This document shows, piece by piece, positions 34,023 to 39,164 of a stretch of 39,164 nucleotides of DNA (position 1 is the stretch's first letter; every line of letters begins with the position of its first letter). The DNA comes from Hydrurus foetidus (Eukaryota). The position numbers were made by a program, and so were the translations under genes. The stretch is from assembly GCA_900617105.1 (NCBI GenBank), contig UYFQ01000703.1, positions 1-39,164 of the forward strand. The letters are read 5' to 3'. The notes under the pieces are model-generated. The model saw only the letters and a list, made by a program, of their open reading frames with translations. It was not told the origin of the DNA and ran no database searches.

Positions 34023-34993
34023 CTGGGTGTAACCTAAGACCGTTCCGTTTCTTACGGTTTGAGATCTGGGAATTGACTTTACGTTTTTTTCCCAGATCCC
34101 ATTTCGATTTCTCAGAACCCAATCCACGGTCAAGTGTTCTAACTTCTGGATGTCACATTACCGTGTAGGTTGGCTACTCATCTGTTATGAATGCAGCAGG
34201 CAGTTTCTCGATTACGCTAGCCGAGATGGATGTGTATTCCTGAACGTCATGAATTTTGTCTCCTCATTGATGTTTGGATTAGTTTTGATTGAATTATTCC
34301 TTTCAGAGCTGACTCGGGTGTTGAGGAAACAGACTCCAGATAGTAATTTGGATGATGTGTTGATAATAACTTACACAACTTTGTACAGCAGGCGATCAGG
34401 GTTACTGAAAGAGGCACATCGTTCGAAACTAGAAATTCTTAAATTATCCGCTGACACGAATGAAAATTTCTGGTTGTCCGCTGGCAGGGATTCGACACGG
34501 AGATTAGAAGCAATTAGCATCAAGCATCACACAAAAGTGGCAGCGTTTACCCCGTAAAATTAGATTGTCATCGTTATCATGGAGAGTATGAAACAAGCGC
34601 ATCGAAAAGTCGCGGCGATAAAATACACGACGCAAGGTGCAGAAGATCAAAATACACGACAGCGGAAAAAATGTGCGATGAATCACGCAGCCATAAATCC
34701 GCGCTCTTTCTTTGTTCAGCGCTCATCATGTGTCACTACCCGGCCTGCTGAATGCCGTCTTACTTCGTTGACGCCGCCAACCACGTCATTGATTCCGCCG
34801 CCAACTACGTCATGAAAGTCTTCAAATCAACGACGCCTATCAGTTTAGCAAATTTCTAATGAGGTTTAACAGAGTCAAAACGTTAGGAAACTTGCCGAGC
34901 TGTTCGTCGTCAGAGACTTTGAAGTTGTTTTGAATCGATGCATCTTCATATGCCTTCTAGTCCGGATAGGAAAGTAGGTCGATAGAGTGGAGG

Positions 34994-35162
34994 TGTTAGT
35001 TAGTTACAAGTCTAAGCTAGAAGCTAGGATAACTTCTACGAGTAGGCTAGAGCTAGCTAGCAGCTGCGCTAGAGATGTATGTGTACAGTAGGCGGTAGGA
35101 TCGGATGGATCGGGACTAGGTCCGGTACGGCCCGTAGGCCCGGTATAGCCGATCCGACCACA
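34994..35162 (-). repeat. Putative 3' LTR of the gypsy element
   Basis: Starts TGTGG after the PPT; the distal ...TAACA end at 34994 is a guess because no partner LTR is visible. Confidence 0.5.
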
Positions 35163-35506
35163 TTACCCCACTTATCTTTTTTCTGAAGAAAAAGAACCTA
35201 TGACGCGACCACCACGTTTTGTACAAAAATCTAATAAGGCTAAAACTAACTAAAGGAAGAATAAAGAAAAAGATTACAAAAATGTAAATCTCAAAAATTT
35301 AAATATAAAAATAAAATAAAAATCTATACAAATAGACTGGGTGGTGGGTCGGTCTAAGGTGATAAGGTGGGTGCCTAGTACCATGTACTTGCGCACGAGA
35401 CCTCGATACGTAATTATGTCAGATTTTTACTGACTAAAACCATAAAACCTCATAGAGGGAAAATTAGGAAAAATCTTCAAAAGATAATACGTTCGAGATC
35501 AGCAAC

Positions 35507-38500
35507 TTAGGCTGATGTCTCAATGTTTTTGGGAATGAAATGTTTCATTTTATTATCCCGTAAATAATCATGGAGTGCTTCACAGAGCCGTAGTGATTTC
35601 CACGGCTCCCATGTATTATGAGAATCATCGTAGTTGAGCCATTTAACATGGAACGACATTGTAGTCGGTTTCTTGGTGTCACCAGCGTGACCCAGAACTT
35701 TCTCAACCACGAACTCCATGTAATCGCGACGAGCAGTGTCAGCAGGTATATCTACCTCTGGGTCATAATTGAATATTTTCAAATTTTTGACATGAACACT
35801 TCGTTTCTTGTGATTTACAAGATTTGCGAGAACGTACTCGGACCCCTTAAAGGAGACAATACAGTAAGGGCCATGCCACTTAGTATGTAATCGAGTTGGA
35901 GGTCGATCAGTGTATCGGCATAAGACATATGACCCCACGGGGAACACAGTCGCTGATTCAGCTGACGCGGCGTTTTTAGCATCCGCTTTTAACAAAGTTT
36001 GAACCGCAGTTTCAAGTACTTTGTCTTGTACACTTATCAAATCTGATATGTACGTTGATCTTGAATGTGTTCCGACACTTAAGTGTGGAGTGAGAATACC
36101 ACGATTCAAATCAAGTTTGTTCCCAAACAATAAATGAGCGGGGCAAACACCTGTGCGTCTATTAACTGAACTGTTAATGATACGTTGCACGAATGGGATT
36201 GACTTAGCATATCCCTCAAGGGTTTGTTTATCAAAAACTAAACCTCTTAGGTGTCTATTCACCTCTTTGTTGACTCTTTTAACAATTGCATTCTCTTGTT
36301 TCGAGTAAGCAAGGGTGAGATTATGTGGTGTCCCACAAAGATCTAAGAATTCTTTGATCAATTCATTTGCGAAATGTGATCCTCGATCAGATCTAATCAT
36401 ATTTGGTGATCCAAATCGACCAAAATGCGCAAGCAAACAGTCAGCTGCTGATTTAGCATCTGCGTCTGCACACCAGAACAATTCTGTCCATCGTGTGAAT
36501 GTATCGATGATGACAAGGATATAACCTTTGTCAGGAAATGGACCAATATAGTCAACATTTAGCGTATCGAAGATAGCATAATTTGAAGTTGCAAAATGAG
36601 ACGCATTGATCTTAGGATCTTTTGCACTCAATTTTGACAACACGGACAGTTCTGTATGAACGTACGTACATGTTGTTTCATGTGTTTCCAAACTTGTTGT
36701 AAACTAAACAACCGAGTAAGGGTACGGTCTACGCCGTTGTGACCGACAATTGCATTGTGGCACATTTGAATGTATTCTAACTGATCGTCTGAAGCCGGTT
36801 CTATGACCGTCAGAGCTGATACAGTGAAAGAAGATGATGAAGTTGGAAGTAATTCCAATTCTTCTGTTCGTAATGGCAGAGCAATTTCTGTCAGATTAGG
36901 ACAAAGCCTTGACAGTGCGTCTGCCAAAACATTTGAAGTACCGGGTACGAATACCACGGTAAAATCTAGTTCTTGCATAGCAATGAACCATCTCGCCACC
37001 ATTGAGGTAGGATTTTGTTTCATATATGTTATGTTCAAATGATCCGTATGGATAGTGAACGTACGATCTCTAATTAGATAATCGAGTTGTGTACAACAAA
37101 AGAAGATGGCATAAGCCTCTTTTTGTATCGTAGACCACCTTATTTGTGTGGGTGTCAACGATTTGCTAATGAAAGCAATTGGTTGCCAAATGGCACCAAC
37201 AACTTGGAATAAGACACCACCGATACCAAAGTCGGACGCGTCTGTATACAAGCGGATGTCTAACTTATTGTCATCAATGAAGTACATTAATGGACAACGA
37301 GATATAGCAATCTTTGTGTCAACAAATGAGTTGGTGCTCTTTTGAGTCCAAACTACAGCAGAACGTCTCGGAGCAGAGTGATCAATCATATCCTGCATTG
37401 GCTTAACCAAAGTGGAATGCATTGGTACAAACTGTCGAAAATAGTTTGCTAAACCTAAAAATGACCTGAGTAAGGTTAAATTTTTAGGTATAGAAAAGTT
37501 TAAAACTGTTTCTATTTTTTCTTTTGACATGGATAAACCATCTTTGTCAACGACTCTGCCAACGTATTCAATACGTGGAAGGCCGAAACGGCACTTTTAG
37601 CTTTGAGTCTTAGACCCTTAAGTCTAAATCTTTCAAAACTTTTTCAAGTTAGTTAGAAACTCTGCTTCACCCTTGCCATATACTATACAATCGTCGAGAT
37701 ACATCTCAACAATGATAGATAAGGCCATAGAGGACCGCCGTTACCATCTGCTCTTGAAAGTAAGAGGGGGCTCGACACGGACCAAAGGGCAGTCTCGTAA
37801 ACTGAAATACCCCGCAAAGCATATGAATGCCGTAAAATGCGGTGTGCGGTGTAACGGTGCTTGATGGTAACCTGCGGTTAAATCCATCACACCAAAATAT
37901 CCGGTTTTTTATTACCGATCCTCTCAAAGAGGTGTTTGATATTTGGTAACGGGAATGAGGCCGGCTTAAGACACCTATTAAGTGGCCGGTAATCGATGCA
38001 GGTTCGAAATTTACCGGGTGACTTAGTTACTATTACAGGATGACTGTAATAAGCGGCATCTGATCGCTCTATAACCCCTGATGCAAGCATCTCGTCAAGG
38101 TTTTCTTTGAGAGCAACCTCTTTTGTTGATGACTGGGGACGTACCGGCGTACGGTTTTCGTCTTTTTCCCACAACTCAAGTGGGATGTTAATCTCAAAGG
38201 GTTTAAGTGACGCTGGTTTCTCAGCTAATTGATCACTGAAGATGTCTGAATATTCAGAACAGAGCTCTCGGAGCTTCCTTTGAAAGCTTTCATCTCCTTC
38301 AAAGGTAATCTCGTTGAGGAAATCCTCTGGCCCTTTGGGCAAGTCATCTTGACTAGGTTTCTCCGCCAAGAAGGGGGCAAACGTATCTATCTTGCCATCG
38401 TCAATCTCGTCAACTGAGAGTGCGACACCACTGGGCCATAAAGGCTCAGTGACATAGTCTAAGGTATCAGAGTCCTCAGAAGTGTTTGTAGGGGTGGGAA

Positions 38501-38573
38501 TCTGGTCGCCACCTAGGTGCGGTGTATCACCCGTACGTTTTGCGAGAATAGTAGTGACACTATTGGCAGACAC
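35507..38573 (-). pseudogene. gypsy pol (RT, RNase H, integrase, chromodomain), several frameshifts
   Basis: RTCIDYRPLN, TRLPFG, YLDD (near 37700), LRSFLGLANYFR, TDASDFGIG, EKEAYA-like QKEAYA, TDHLN, ADALSR, H..GH..CPCC, VDYIGP, SDRGSHF, WHGPY, chromodomain VEKVL..VKWLNY...TWEP. Confidence 0.92.
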
Positions 38574-39164
38574 ATACTGCAGAATAATGATTTTTACTCC
38601 GACTGATCATATCTTCATTGTGATGAATCAGTCGACGATGATCGATGCGTCTCTACCTCGAATTTGCCTGAGGCCTGGAAGCATTTTTTTCCACACGCTT
38701 TCTGGCCTGTGCAACTTAGGGATACAAATTTCGGTATAACCACGTCTAGTACTCTATAAGCACACTGTCAAACTTTGCCTCCCTAAGTTTAAAAATTGAT
38801 TTTTTTGTGGCTGTGTTTCCACTCTGCGACATGCTGACCTATCTCTACTACGAGCTTGAACACCGATTCAACATCTTTCATGTGCCATTGTGATGGTACA
38901 GGATTTAGTACCACATTCCTACCCTCCATAGTACCGTATAGCCGTCCGTACATGTGGCTGAGAGTCCTTCTGACCTCTCGCAGCTTGTAGTTACCTTGCA
39001 ACGCTTTGCATGCAGAGTTTTACACCTCTGCAAGCTCACCCACCACTCTTTCCGTTGTAAGCCTAACTACCTTTCTGCCTCTCCTAGCTTCATTTGGACT
39101 ACAGTGGATCTACTCGTTCCGCTTTCCTTCTAAATTCTACTACTTTGCCCCCTACTACCCATCC

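Larger units (their letters stand above)
34994..39164 (-). mobile_element. Ty3/gypsy chromovirus-type LTR retrotransposon (5' part beyond the window)
   Basis: RT-RNase H-IN-chromodomain order; purine tract AAAAAAGATAAGTGGGG (minus strand, about 35182-35166) just before TG at 35162. Confidence 0.88.

Noticed and set aside
34063..34098. 10-bp inverted repeat GATCTGGGAA/TTCCCAGATC
   Set aside because: Short and isolated, with no TSD or other support for a function.
34150..34815. Short ORFs between element C and the gypsy LTR
   Set aside because: No recognisable motif and interrupted by stops; cannot be assigned.
1..39164. CRISPR arrays, rRNA, tRNA, prokaryotic operons
   Set aside because: None seen; the repeats are explained by LTRs and TIRs and the genes are eukaryotic.

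Overview
Eukaryotic, transposon-dense window. A stramenopile or other protist host is suggested by the short GT-AG introns and gene types, but this is inference. Only two clear host genes are present: a spliced mitochondrial ribosomal mL40-like gene (20936-21549) and a sedoheptulose-1,7-bisphosphatase (21664-22644). The rest is nested mobile DNA. There are five Ty1/copia copies from four families: D (1-3329, partial), A1 (3388-16840), B (8937-16793, inside the A1 3' LTR), A2 (16850-20721) and C (22800-34022). There are also two PIF/Harbinger-superfamily DNA transposons, each inside a copia 3' LTR (14005-16674 and 22842-27711), and a chromodomain Ty3/gypsy element (about 34994 to the window end). 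Two observations stand out. (1) In all three copia families whose 5' end is visible, the sequence immediately after the 5' LTR is not a recognisable tRNA primer site. It is instead a perfect 10-13 nt reverse complement of a sequence inside the element's own LTR, with compensatory differences between families. This points to tRNA-independent, Tf1-like self-priming in Ty1/copia. (2) An ISL2EU-like transposon with ~240-bp TIRs carries an XPG/FEN1/EXO1 nuclease-SAP-SWIM accessory gene in place of the usual YqaJ exonuclease. Boundaries were read by eye and no database searches were run.
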